Part shown: piece after piece, positions 28,997 to 38,134 of the stretch
How positions within the stretch are numbered: the stretch's first letter is position 1
Layout: every line of letters starts with the position of its first letter
NCBI GenBank assembly: GCA_050246755.1
Contig: JBFWVL010000007.1
Coordinates: forward strand, 1-64,000
Reading direction: 5' to 3'
Origin: Bacteriovoracia bacterium
GTDB lineage: Bacteria > Bdellovibrionota > UBA1018 > CAIPTA01
DNA length: 64,000 nt
The notes under the pieces: generated by a model
The model's input: only the letters and a program-made list of their open reading frames with translations
What the model was told of the DNA's origin: nothing
Database searches by the model: none
Program-made: the position numbers and the translations under genes

Positions 28997-30610
28997 ATGA
29001 ACGTAAAACTACTCGTAATTGCCGGCCCCAACCGCGGCGCCACTTATTTTCTGCACGACGGGGAAAACGTGCTCGGCCGCGGCACCGAGGCCAGCATCGT
29101 GCTGGCCAGCACGCAAGTTTCAAAAAAGCATTGCGCCATCGTGTGCAACGGGGCCCGGGCGGAGATCGCCGACGTGGGTTCCAGCAACGGCACTTTCGTG
29201 AACGGCGTGCAGGTGAAGAAGCGTTTGCTGGCGAATCACGACCGCATTTCCGTGGGCCCGTTTGTGCTCGAAGCACTTTTGCCCGAGATGCCCGTGCGTG
29301 CGGGGGCAGGGGGCTTGGACGCATTTTCGGCCGGGGCAACCCCGGGGATCGGAGTAGTGCCGCCGGTTACGATCGACGCCGGGCACTTCAAGATGGAGGA
29401 GGAGCAGCCTACCAGCCTCATCGGAAAATATAAGAAGAAGTTCGATGATGTGTTCCTGCCCGTGATCTACGATTTTTATGAGCGCACGGATTACGCCACG
29501 ATGCTCGTGGTGATGTTCGCCATCTACGCGATTCTTTCGCTGGGATTCTCTGTATACCCCGTGCTGCAGCGTAGCCGGGAGGAAGTGCTGCGCCAGGCGG
29601 AGCATCAGGCCAAGTATATCGCCGATCAGGTGGCTTACCTGAACCGGCAGGCGATTCTCGAGGGCCGGGAGAGCGCGCTCGTGACCGATTTCGCGGAAGC
29701 CGAGCAGTACGTGCAGGAAGTGGTGGTGGCGAACCTCGAGGGGCGTATCATGGCTCCTGGATCTCGCCTGAACGAGATTTTTCAGAACCCGTTCTTTCTC
29801 AAGTATCGGGATAAGCTGCAAAAGCAGCAGAGTCTGTGGGGGAAGTCGGGAGTGATCCGGATTCCCGACCAGGATTTACTGATTGCGTTCACGCCGATCA
29901 TGGTGCTCTCGAAAACCAAAGGCATCAACGTGCCCGGGGCGATCGCCACGGTTATCTATTCTACCGCTTCGATCGCCCTCGATTCGGGAACCATCGGCAC
30001 CGTCTATCTTGAAGCGCTTTTTTGGTCCATCATCCTCGGAGTGGTATTTCTTTACCTCGTGTATCATATGACCTACCGGCCCATTCACGAGCTCATGGAC
30101 AACATGAACAACGTGCTGAAGGGTGAAGGCACTTCGGTGGAAAAGAAATACAAAAACGAGATCATCGATCAATTGGTGGACATCATCAATTCGGCTCTCG
30201 GCCGAATTCCGCGGGCCGATGGATCAAAGGAAGACGTAGCCGCCGGCGACCAGGAGCAGCTTATCATCACGAATATGATGCGCTCGGTGGAATTCCTGGC
30301 CCAGCGGGCGAGAGGGGGGATGCTGCTCCTTGATCTCGAGATGCGTATCCAGGCGGTGAATCCCGGATTTGAGGAGCTCACCGGGATTCGCGATGCGCAA
30401 GGAGAGCTGATCGATACGGCCTGCCGGGATGAATCGCTGCCGAGTATGCTGAAGGAGATGGCGGGCAAGGCGGCGGAAGCCGGTAACGAGGGCGTGCAGG
30501 AGGAATACGATTTTTCCAGCGGCACCAATAAAATAACCGCTCTGGCGATATCGAGCATCCCGGGCAAGGTAGAATCCTACCTATTTCTTTTCGAATTGCA
30601 GGGGGGGTAG
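28997..30610 (+). CDS. FHA + 2TM periplasmic sensor + HAMP-like + PAS-like protein
   Basis: LGR...VSKKH...SSNG; two TM helices; RPIHEL HAMP-like segment; GMLLLD..MRIQAVNPGFEELTG PAS-like end. Confidence 0.85.
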   Translation: MNVKLLVIAGPNRGATYFLHDGENVLGRGTEASIVLASTQVSKKHCAIVCNGARAEIADVGSSNGTFVNGVQVKKRLLANHDRISVGPFVLEALLPEMPVRAGAGGLDAFSAGATPGIGVVPPVTIDAGHFKMEEEQPTSLIGKYKKKFDDVFLPVIYDFYERTDYATMLVVMFAIYAILSLGFSVYPVLQRSREEVLRQAEHQAKYIADQVAYLNRQAILEGRESALVTDFAEAEQYVQEVVVANLEGRIMAPGSRLNEIFQNPFFLKYRDKLQKQQSLWGKSGVIRIPDQDLLIAFTPIMVLSKTKGINVPGAIATVIYSTASIALDSGTIGTVYLEALFWSIILGVVFLYLVYHMTYRPIHELMDNMNNVLKGEGTSVEKKYKNEIIDQLVDIINSALGRIPRADGSKEDVAAGDQEQLIITNMMRSVEFLAQRARGGMLLLDLEMRIQAVNPGFEELTGIRDAQGELIDTACRDESLPSMLKEMAGKAAEAGNEGVQEEYDFSSGTNKITALAISSIPGKVESYLFLFELQGG

Positions 30611-31666
30611 ATGGCCGGTAGCCCAGCCGTATTGAAATTTCCTCGAGGTTTGCCTCCGACGAAACAATTCGGTGAACGGCTGCGTCTGCTCGTGGTGCAA
30701 GGGAACGATTCGGGGACCTGCTTTTCTGTGCTGGGCGATCTTGTTTTTATCGGCCGCGAAGATTGCCAGATCCTGATCAACGACGACAATCTCTCGCGCA
30801 AGCACGCCGAGATTGGCTGGCAGGGAGACCATTACCTCATCCGTGATCTCGGGAGCTCGAACGGAATCGTGCACAACGGCCAGAAGGTTTCGGAAGCCAA
30901 GCTCGCGCCGGGCGATCTGGTGATGATCGGCCTCACCGTGCTCGAAGTATATCCCGCTGGGCAAAATCGTAAGCGCGAGAAGCCGATGCTCTTGCCGGGC
31001 ACCGCGGGGAAGCTACGGGCCGTGCCCACGCCCGACGTGGTGGTCACCAAGCCGGGAATCGATCCTAAGAAAAAAGCAGTGCAGAGCAAGCGTACGCTGA
31101 TCCTCGCCGCCGTGGGCTTGCTGATCGTGATCGCTTACCTTACCGACGACAATAAGACAATCCGGCAGAACGCGCATTTGCCCATCGACGAGCCGGAAAC
31201 CAACGTGCCTAAAAAGAAGCTCAAGAAAGACGAGCTCGCTCAGGCCCTCGCCGAGTACGTGCCCAACTATGCGCTCGATACGCAGCAGCGCCGCGATTCC
31301 CAGGTTTTTTTCCGTAACGGCGTGCGTGAGCTGCAGAATAAAAATTACCGCCGGGCCTTCACGGCCTTCGATACCGCCCTCACCGTGGATCCTTCCCATG
31401 AGCTGGCGAAAATTTACCTAAAAACGGCGAAGAAAGAGCTACTGGCGGAGCTAAAGAACACCACCACGGCCGGAATCATCGCGCGCAAATCGCTTCGCAA
31501 TAAAGAAGCGCGTATGCATTTCGCTAACGTGATCCGCTACCTCGAGGGAGAGACGGGCGATACGCGCGCGATGGAAAATGAACAGAATAAAGAGATGCGT
31601 GAGCTTTACGATAAAGCCAAAGACGCATTGAAAGAGCTCGATAAGGAAGAGAGCGGTGCCCGATGA
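30611..31666 (+). CDS. FHA + TM + TPR-like protein
   Basis: IGR...LSRKH...DLGSSNG; TM helix; F.NG..E....NYRRA...F..AL.VDP TPR. Confidence 0.88.
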   Translation: MAGSPAVLKFPRGLPPTKQFGERLRLLVVQGNDSGTCFSVLGDLVFIGREDCQILINDDNLSRKHAEIGWQGDHYLIRDLGSSNGIVHNGQKVSEAKLAPGDLVMIGLTVLEVYPAGQNRKREKPMLLPGTAGKLRAVPTPDVVVTKPGIDPKKKAVQSKRTLILAAVGLLIVIAYLTDDNKTIRQNAHLPIDEPETNVPKKKLKKDELAQALAEYVPNYALDTQQRRDSQVFFRNGVRELQNKNYRRAFTAFDTALTVDPSHELAKIYLKTAKKELLAELKNTTTAGIIARKSLRNKEARMHFANVIRYLEGETGDTRAMENEQNKEMRELYDKAKDALKELDKEESGAR

Positions 31667-33654
31667 TTAAAGTATCGGTCTACCGCAACGACGAGCTAGT
31701 CACCGAGTTCGAGCAACCTGGCCACGACAAGGAAATTACCATCGGCCGAGCGGCGGGCTGCTCCATCCAGCTCGACGAGCCAAGCGTGAGCCGCCTCCAC
31801 GCCCTCCTGCAATTCACCGGTAATTCCTGGGTGGTGGTGAGAAAGGCCAATTTCGGCGCAGTGCTCCTGAATGGGCAGGAAATCGAGAATGCCCCTATCG
31901 AAGGCGGCGAAGAGCTGATCATCGGCGCCTTCAGTCTGCGGGTTAATATCGAGGAGCGTTCATCGCGCACTGGATCTGCATCCCGGCCGATGTCTTCGAT
32001 GAGTCATAACGACGACGACGAGGGCGGCGGCACCAAGATCATGACCACCGGGGTAAACGGGCTCTTCCGGTTCGAACCTGGCACCGCCAATCTTTCCGAG
32101 TTTCTGATGCAAAATGACCTGGCCGTATTCGGCCGGGGCAGCAATTGCGACGTGGTGCTCACCGAGAAAAAAGCTTCGCGCAAGCACCTGGAAATTCGCA
32201 AGCAGGGCCTTTCCTTCATCCTCAAGGATCTCAACAGCGCAAACGGAACCTTGGTGAACGGGAAGACGATCACCGAAACGGAGCTGGTTTCGGGGGATTT
32301 GATCGAGATCGGCGAAGCCAAGATCCAGTTCAGCGTAGAAAATAAGAATTTCTTTTCGCAGCAAGATCAGTTTTTGCCGGTGCCGGCGCATTTAGAGCAG
32401 GCCATGATGGCGGGCGACGTTTCCGCCCAAGGAGGAATTCCCGACTACGGTGGCGCGGACCCAGGGCTGGGCATACCGGGAATCGACGCTGCTGCGCCCG
32501 CGCAGGAAGCACCCAAGAGCTTGGTGGGCAAGGTAAAGCTTTGGTATTCCTCCATGCCCAAAGAGCGGAGGATGCGGATCATCGGCTTGCTCACCGCGAT
32601 TGCTTTGCTGGGCGCGATTTTCGGGAGCGGTGAAGACGCGCCGAAAAGACCTACCGGGAAAGCTGGTCCGGGCGGACGTACCTACGAGCGTTTGACGGCG
32701 GAGAAGAAAAAATACGTGCGCGACAACTACGCCGAGCTACTCAAATCCCACGAGAAGCGCGATTACCAGAAGGTAACCGATTACGCGCGCAATATTCTTA
32801 CTTACGTGGACGACTATAACGATACTAAATCCTACGAGATGCTTGCTAAGAAGGGGATCGAGCAGGCCGAAGAGGAAAAGCGGCGGAAAATACTCGAAGA
32901 GAAACAGGCCGCGGTGAGGAAAGAGGTGGCGGCGCTGGAAGAAAAAGGGCGCGCCCTGCTGGCCAAAGCCCTCGACGACCCTAAGTTTCGCCCGGAGCTC
33001 GAGACCTTGATCCAGGAAATCTATTCGAAAGATCCCAATAACCGGGCCGCGGTAGATTGGAAGAATCAAATCAAGGCGAAGGACGATGAAGAGAAGCGTC
33101 TTGCCGAAGAGGCAAAGCAGAAAGAAGAAATTAAGGCTCAGGCCGAAGTTGCTTTCGGAGAAGTGGAAAAAATGTTCAAGGAGGAGAAGTATATCCCTGC
33201 GCTCGCGCAGGCCGAGACGCTCTACGATCTACGATATAAGGAGCAGGCTTTTCTCGATAGAATCGAAAAGCTTAAGGACGAGATCCGCACCAAGCTATCG
33301 ACGATTATTTCGCCTTATATGCGTGAAGCCGAGACTCAGCGCCAGGAAGGCGGCGATCTAGTGAAGGCGAAGGAAGCTTACCTCCAGGTGCTGAAGGTGG
33401 ACGCCACGAATAAGGAAGCCAAGAAAGGCCTCGAAGATATTCGCGATACGCTGCATTTGCGCGCAAAACGTCTCTATACCGAAGCGATTCTGGCCGATTC
33501 GATGAGCGATCTGGTGGAGGCCCGTGAAAAGTACGAAAAATGCTTGCGCGTGGCGCCCGACGAAAAAGACATCTATCGCCAGCGCTGCCGCTCTAAACTT
33601 TCGCGATTTGAGGCCTTTACTCCCGAATCGTCTTCTACCGGGAGCGGGCAATGA
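31663..33654 (+). CDS. Double FHA + TM + TPR/coiled-coil protein
   Basis: FHA1 IGR..VSRLH; FHA2 FGR..ASRKH..NSANG; TM helix; C-terminal TPRs (AKEAYLQVLKVD, AREKYEKCLRVAP). Confidence 0.88.
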   Translation: MIKVSVYRNDELVTEFEQPGHDKEITIGRAAGCSIQLDEPSVSRLHALLQFTGNSWVVVRKANFGAVLLNGQEIENAPIEGGEELIIGAFSLRVNIEERSSRTGSASRPMSSMSHNDDDEGGGTKIMTTGVNGLFRFEPGTANLSEFLMQNDLAVFGRGSNCDVVLTEKKASRKHLEIRKQGLSFILKDLNSANGTLVNGKTITETELVSGDLIEIGEAKIQFSVENKNFFSQQDQFLPVPAHLEQAMMAGDVSAQGGIPDYGGADPGLGIPGIDAAAPAQEAPKSLVGKVKLWYSSMPKERRMRIIGLLTAIALLGAIFGSGEDAPKRPTGKAGPGGRTYERLTAEKKKYVRDNYAELLKSHEKRDYQKVTDYARNILTYVDDYNDTKSYEMLAKKGIEQAEEEKRRKILEEKQAAVRKEVAALEEKGRALLAKALDDPKFRPELETLIQEIYSKDPNNRAAVDWKNQIKAKDDEEKRLAEEAKQKEEIKAQAEVAFGEVEKMFKEEKYIPALAQAETLYDLRYKEQAFLDRIEKLKDEIRTKLSTIISPYMREAETQRQEGGDLVKAKEAYLQVLKVDATNKEAKKGLEDIRDTLHLRAKRLYTEAILADSMSDLVEAREKYEKCLRVAPDEKDIYRQRCRSKLSRFEAFTPESSSTGSGQ

Positions 33655-34346
33655 AACAAACCATCGCATTCGGCGTGGCCGCGCAGCAGGGAAATTGGCC
33701 GGTGCAAGAGGATGGGTATTTCGTGGATCCCCAGGAGAGAATCTTCGCCTTGGCCGATGGATTCGGTGGGCGGGGCAACGGGGATATTGCGGCCAAAATG
33801 GCATTGCGTGAGCTGCGTGCACGTCTGCCTCGCGGCGAGGCCTCTAAACCGGCCTCGGTGGCCTCGCAGCGGCAGCTATTTTTAGATATAAATAAAATTA
33901 TTTTAGAATGGAATGCCAAACGCCCGGCGGCGGGCCGGGGGGGCTGCTCCCTCGCCCTCGTGCAGGTAGGCCTTACGGGTCTGGTCACGGTCACGAACTG
34001 CGGTGGCTCCGTGGTGGGCCTCGTGCGAAATGGAGCCTGCCAGGCCCTGCTTTCTCCCCAGGCGGCCCCGCGGGCCCGTCCGGGGGGGGCGATTTTACCT
34101 GAGCAGGCCCTCGGGCTCGGTGCGGATATTTCTCCCGAGACGCGCGTATTTCCTTCGCTCCGGGGCGATTTAGTTTTTCTCGCGTCGAGTGGGTTCGAAT
34201 GGGAAAGCGCCGCCTTCCAGGGAGAGTTGCTGGCCCAGTGGGGGATTCACCTTCCGGGCAGCGGAATGGCTCCTTTGGCTGAAAATTTGGTGCGGGTAGT
34301 GTCTCCCGAATGGAACGCTACTTTCCTAGGTCTCGAAATCCCTTAG
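33651..34346 (+). CDS. PP2C/PPM-like phosphatase, degenerate
   Basis: QEDG and ALADGFGG retained; C-terminal DG and DN motifs appear as SSG and WN. Confidence 0.75.
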   Translation: MKQTIAFGVAAQQGNWPVQEDGYFVDPQERIFALADGFGGRGNGDIAAKMALRELRARLPRGEASKPASVASQRQLFLDINKIILEWNAKRPAAGRGGCSLALVQVGLTGLVTVTNCGGSVVGLVRNGACQALLSPQAAPRARPGGAILPEQALGLGADISPETRVFPSLRGDLVFLASSGFEWESAAFQGELLAQWGIHLPGSGMAPLAENLVRVVSPEWNATFLGLEIP

Positions 34347-34396
34347 CCTATAAGCGATTTAATGCTGGGCTCCTTAACAATAGTTATGCTTAATGA

Positions 34397-34513
34397 AATC
34401 AGCTATTTAGGGTCAAATTTCCCTTTAGCTATTCTTGACAATATTTGTCAAGAGATTATACTTATAAGTAGGACAAAAAAAGGGTTAAAGCACCCCGGAT
34501 TTTGTACCGAAGG
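34397..34513 (+). promoter_or_regulatory. flp control region: IHF-like site, 9-3-9 palindrome over a sigma70 -35, and a FliA-like promoter
   Basis: AATCAG-CTAT-TTA 34397-34409; TCTTGACAA-TAT-TTGTCAAGA 34433-34453; TTGACA-16-TATACT; TAAA-N16-ACCGAAGG 34486-34513. Confidence 0.55.
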
Positions 34514-34548
34514 GAATGTAAGGCTTTTGAACAGGTTCTAGAAAAAAT

Positions 34549-34746
34549 ATGATGGTCACTAAGTTTAAAAACTTTCTGCAGGATGAATCGGGTCAAACGA
34601 CTACCGAGTACATTCTCATTCTCGCCGTGATCGTTACGATCTTCATGCAATTCCGTAAGAAGCTTCTCACTATCATCAATAAGCTCTTTGCGGGTCTCGA
34701 CCAGGCTTCCGACGATGCCCTCAGCGGCATCAACGGCGGCGAGTAA
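34549..34746 (+). CDS. flp: Flp family major pilin
   Basis: FLQDESG|QTTTEYILILAVIV: Flp cleavage site and EY motif. Confidence 0.9.
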   Translation: MMVTKFKNFLQDESGQTTTEYILILAVIVTIFMQFRKKLLTIINKLFAGLDQASDDALSGINGGE

Positions 34747-34855
34747 CCGAATAAACCACGCACGCGTGTAATCCTCCCAAACGAATTTCCTCGTTCCGCG
34801 CTTCGCTCGTAAAATGGGTCATTTTCCCTTATCCTGAGAGGGAAAGTGGTGCCTC

Positions 34856-35167
34856 ATGGATGAAGCCTCTTCCACGTGTCAGCGTGGCCGTACCGGCCTA
34901 TTACAACGAATACGCAATGCCCGCCCCCGCCTGGGCTCTCAGGGCGGCCAGGCGATCATCGAATATATTCTGGTGATCTTGATATCGCTCACGTTCACCC
35001 GCTTTGTTTTTTTTAATAAAGAATTCGGGTTCAAGTCGGCGATCGATAAGACGATGCTGCGGCTGGGATCTTTTCTCGAGCAGAATCTAAAGACCGGCAC
35101 CAAGCCAGGCGAAGACGGCGTGAAATCCCTGGAAGCGTTCGGAGGCACGAGCCGATGGACCAACTAG
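34856..35167 (+). CDS. Minor pilin-like protein
   Basis: GG|QAIIEYILVILI prepilin motif. Confidence 0.8.
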   Translation: MDEASSTCQRGRTGLLQRIRNARPRLGSQGGQAIIEYILVILISLTFTRFVFFNKEFGFKSAIDKTMLRLGSFLEQNLKTGTKPGEDGVKSLEAFGGTSRWTN

Positions 35168-35676
35168 GAGCCTTCGCGTTCGCGGTGAGCTTAGTGGGTG
35201 GAGTGCATGATCTCCTCACCCGGCGTATTCCTAATTGGCTCACTTTCCCGGCGCTCCTACTCGGCGTGGCCGCGCAATGCTGGCTGTTCGGTTGGGCGGG
35301 CGGGGCCGATGCGCTGCTCGGCGCGCTGCTGGCATTTGCGCTGTACTTTCCCATTCACTTCTTCGGTTACATGGGCGCGGGCGACGTAAAGCTCCTGATG
35401 GCCATCGGTGCTTGCCTCGGCTGGCGTCTTTGTCTGGAGGTGGCGGTGGTGGCCGTGGCCTGCGGTGCCGTCTATGCCTTCTTCGAAATTCTGTACCGTG
35501 GCCGCCTCAAGGCGGTGGCGCTGAGTACGTATTCTTTTCTGCGCGCGCTTCTGGTGCCGGGCCTCGTGGCCGAGCCGCTGAAACTGGATAAAGAGCGGCA
35601 TTTCGCATTCGGCATTTGTCTCACGCTCGCGGTGGGCGGCGTGATCTACCTTCATCATCGCGGGATGCTGGGATGA
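35155..35676 (+). CDS. tadV: Prepilin peptidase A24 (TadV/CpaA)
   Basis: HDLLTRRIPNWLT, MGAGDVKLL. Confidence 0.92.
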   Translation: MDQLGAFAFAVSLVGGVHDLLTRRIPNWLTFPALLLGVAAQCWLFGWAGGADALLGALLAFALYFPIHFFGYMGAGDVKLLMAIGACLGWRLCLEVAVVAVACGAVYAFFEILYRGRLKAVALSTYSFLRALLVPGLVAEPLKLDKERHFAFGICLTLAVGGVIYLHHRGMLG

Positions 35677-36008
35677 GGTTTAATTTTCTTCAAAAAATTG
35701 AAAAACATCTTTCGGTCGGCACGAAGCTGCCGCTGATCCGCAACCAGCGCGGACAGTCGATCATGGAATATATCCTCGTGATGTTCCTCGTGGTGAGCAT
35801 CGTCATGTTCCTCTTCGGCTCAATGAAGAAGAGCAATTTCTTTTTCAACCGCTTCACCAAGCCGCTCGTGCAGCACATCGTTTACAACTACAAATATGGA
35901 GACCCCGCCGCGCAGGGCTGGGATGAGGGTAGCCCGCGCCTGCATATCCAGATTTCTCAGCCCAACGCGAATGCCACCTTCCGCTTATTCCAGCCGGAGA
36001 AGAAATGA
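35673..36008 (+). CDS. Minor pilin-like protein
   Basis: NQRG|QSIMEYILVMFLV; ATGA overlap with tadV. Confidence 0.8.
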   Translation: MRFNFLQKIEKHLSVGTKLPLIRNQRGQSIMEYILVMFLVVSIVMFLFGSMKKSNFFFNRFTKPLVQHIVYNYKYGDPAAQGWDEGSPRLHIQISQPNANATFRLFQPEKK

Positions 36009-36676
36009 AACCTCGCGCACGCCGCAAAATTAAAGATGAGTCCGGGCAAGCCATCGTAGAATTTCTCGTGGTCTGCGCCGTAATTTTCACCATGATGTTT
36101 CTTTTCGTGCAGATTGCATGGGGGATCGCTTACGGGCACTACGTGCAGTACGCGACGTTCATGGCTTCGCGGGCCTATCTCTCGGCCGGTATCGTAAAGG
36201 AAGCGCAAACCAGTGCGGCCGGCGACGTGCTTTCCCAGATGCTCAAGGGAGGAGTGGGCAAAGATATTCTCCCGTTCGTGGGTAAGGCGCGCGAAGGGGG
36301 CGATCGCGACACGCAGGGCCCAGAACCCGTGGCCGGCGCCATGGTGGGCACGCATCCCGAGGCCCAGGCGCGCGAGCATTCCCGCGCTTATTCCTGGGCC
36401 GAGGGCGTGCAGTATAACTACGAGCTCAATCTCTTCTTGTTGCCGATTGCTTCCTTCATGAGCAAGGATGGGGAAGGAAAAACAATTGAGGGCGGCCCCT
36501 CGGATAATCCCACTAAGGGAATAACGTGGAAGGGAAAAATCCCGATGGCCAGCGATTCTTTCCTCGGCCGCGAGCCCACCACCGACGAATGCTTCCAGGA
36601 AATGACCCTGATGAGCACGCGCAATGGGATCGGCCGGCAAGACGGCAACGATTTCATCGAGGACAACGGATGCTGA
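36005..36676 (+). CDS. TadE-like pseudopilin
   Basis: DESG|QAIVEFLVV...YATFMASR. Confidence 0.82.
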   Translation: MKPRARRKIKDESGQAIVEFLVVCAVIFTMMFLFVQIAWGIAYGHYVQYATFMASRAYLSAGIVKEAQTSAAGDVLSQMLKGGVGKDILPFVGKAREGGDRDTQGPEPVAGAMVGTHPEAQAREHSRAYSWAEGVQYNYELNLFLLPIASFMSKDGEGKTIEGGPSDNPTKGITWKGKIPMASDSFLGREPTTDECFQEMTLMSTRNGIGRQDGNDFIEDNGC

Positions 36677-37194
36677 TGCACCGTCGGAAAAAAACGCGCG
36701 AGGGCGGGCAGGCCCTTATCGAGTTCATCATGATCATTCCCATCGTGATGACTTTCGTTTGGTATCTGCTCCACGTGGGAGTGGTGATCAATAAATCGAT
36801 CGTGGGCCAGAAGGCGGCGCGTAGCCAGCTCTTCCTCAAGCTTTATAATCATCGCTCGGGCCCGGTGAAAAGCGAGTTCGGCTACGCCGAGCGCTCCCAC
36901 TTTTATATCGGAGTTTCTTCCGAGGTCACGAGGGGCGTCACTAAGCCCAAAGCTCCCACCGAGATGCTCGGCGTGGGCTCAAGTCCGAAATTATTGCCCG
37001 AGGCGAACGACGAGCCGGGAGAACCAGAATCAAATGCCATGCGCCAGCGAATACGCGTGCGTACTATTTTCGGAATCTGCACCCACCGCAAGAAAAACAA
37101 GGACGGGGTGGGGCTAACCGACTTTTGCGGTGCCGATCCTAGTAACGACGGTACCGCCGGTACGCCGCCGCCGGCCCCTCCCGGAACTCCTTGA
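36676..37194 (+). CDS. TadE/F-like pseudopilin
   Basis: EGG|QALIEFIMIIP...KAAR. Confidence 0.82.
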   Translation: MHRRKKTREGGQALIEFIMIIPIVMTFVWYLLHVGVVINKSIVGQKAARSQLFLKLYNHRSGPVKSEFGYAERSHFYIGVSSEVTRGVTKPKAPTEMLGVGSSPKLLPEANDEPGEPESNAMRQRIRVRTIFGICTHRKKNKDGVGLTDFCGADPSNDGTAGTPPPAPPGTP

Positions 37195-37278
37195 GGGCTA
37201 CACTGTGGAGTGTGGGCAGCGGTTTTTCGTCGCTTTGCACTGCAGGATCAAACGGTTCGCGCCGATAAGAACACTAGG

Positions 37279-38079
37279 ATGAATAATCGCGCGTTTACAA
37301 TTTCCTTCATCGTGGCCGTACTGGCGGTGTCCATGGTGTATTCCTACGTGAGCTCCACGGAGGAGTCCTATAAGCAGCTCTATGGAACGGAACGTTCGGT
37401 GGTGGTGGCCAAGCGCGATATTAAAGAGCTCGATATTCTCGACGAGACGAACCTCTCCACGATTTCTTTGCCGGCGAAATTCGTGCAGCCGGGAACCAGC
37501 CCCAATCCCAAGGAGTTCGCTGGTGCCCTCGCGATTGCCCCCATCATGAAAGACGAGCAAGTTACGCGCTCGAAAGTGACGCAGCTGGGATCCCGCACCG
37601 GCCTTGCGCGCCAAGTGGCGGTGGGTAAGCGTGCCGTTACGATTCGTGTAAGCGACGAGCAAGCCGTAGCGAAATTACTTAAGCCCGGCGACCGCGTGGA
37701 CATCATCGCCCAAGTGGATCCAACCGGATCAGGCAATAAGCTGCTCGTGGAAACCCGCACGATCCTGCAAGACGTGCTCGTGCTCGCCACGGGAAAATAT
37801 GTAACCAACACGCTACCGGGAATTATGGAAACCGATCCTTACCGCGCCGGCGATAAATCTAAGGTGAGATTGTCGGAATATACCGCGTTTCCCAACGTTA
37901 CCCTGGAAGTGGATCCTTTCCAGGCTCAGGTGTTGATTTTTGCCGAGAAGAACCTCAACGGAGTCTATCTTTCTCTGCGCAATAACGACGATAATATGAA
38001 AGACGATCTGCCCAAAATCCGCATGCAAGATCTTATGGGCAAAGATGGCGCAGCCGCCGGCGCCACCCCCAAGCGCTAA
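37279..38079 (+). CDS. cpaB: Flp pilus assembly protein CpaB/RcpC
   Basis: SAF domain VVVAKRDI; GKRAVTIRV, LLKPGDRVDII, ILQDVLVLA, VTLEV.P.QA. Confidence 0.93.
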   Translation: MNNRAFTISFIVAVLAVSMVYSYVSSTEESYKQLYGTERSVVVAKRDIKELDILDETNLSTISLPAKFVQPGTSPNPKEFAGALAIAPIMKDEQVTRSKVTQLGSRTGLARQVAVGKRAVTIRVSDEQAVAKLLKPGDRVDIIAQVDPTGSGNKLLVETRTILQDVLVLATGKYVTNTLPGIMETDPYRAGDKSKVRLSEYTAFPNVTLEVDPFQAQVLIFAEKNLNGVYLSLRNNDDNMKDDLPKIRMQDLMGKDGAAAGATPKR

Positions 38080-38134
38080 GAAAACGCCTACTGCCCCTAC
38101 CAAATCCTACGCGTTTTCTGGTACTCTCTATCCA

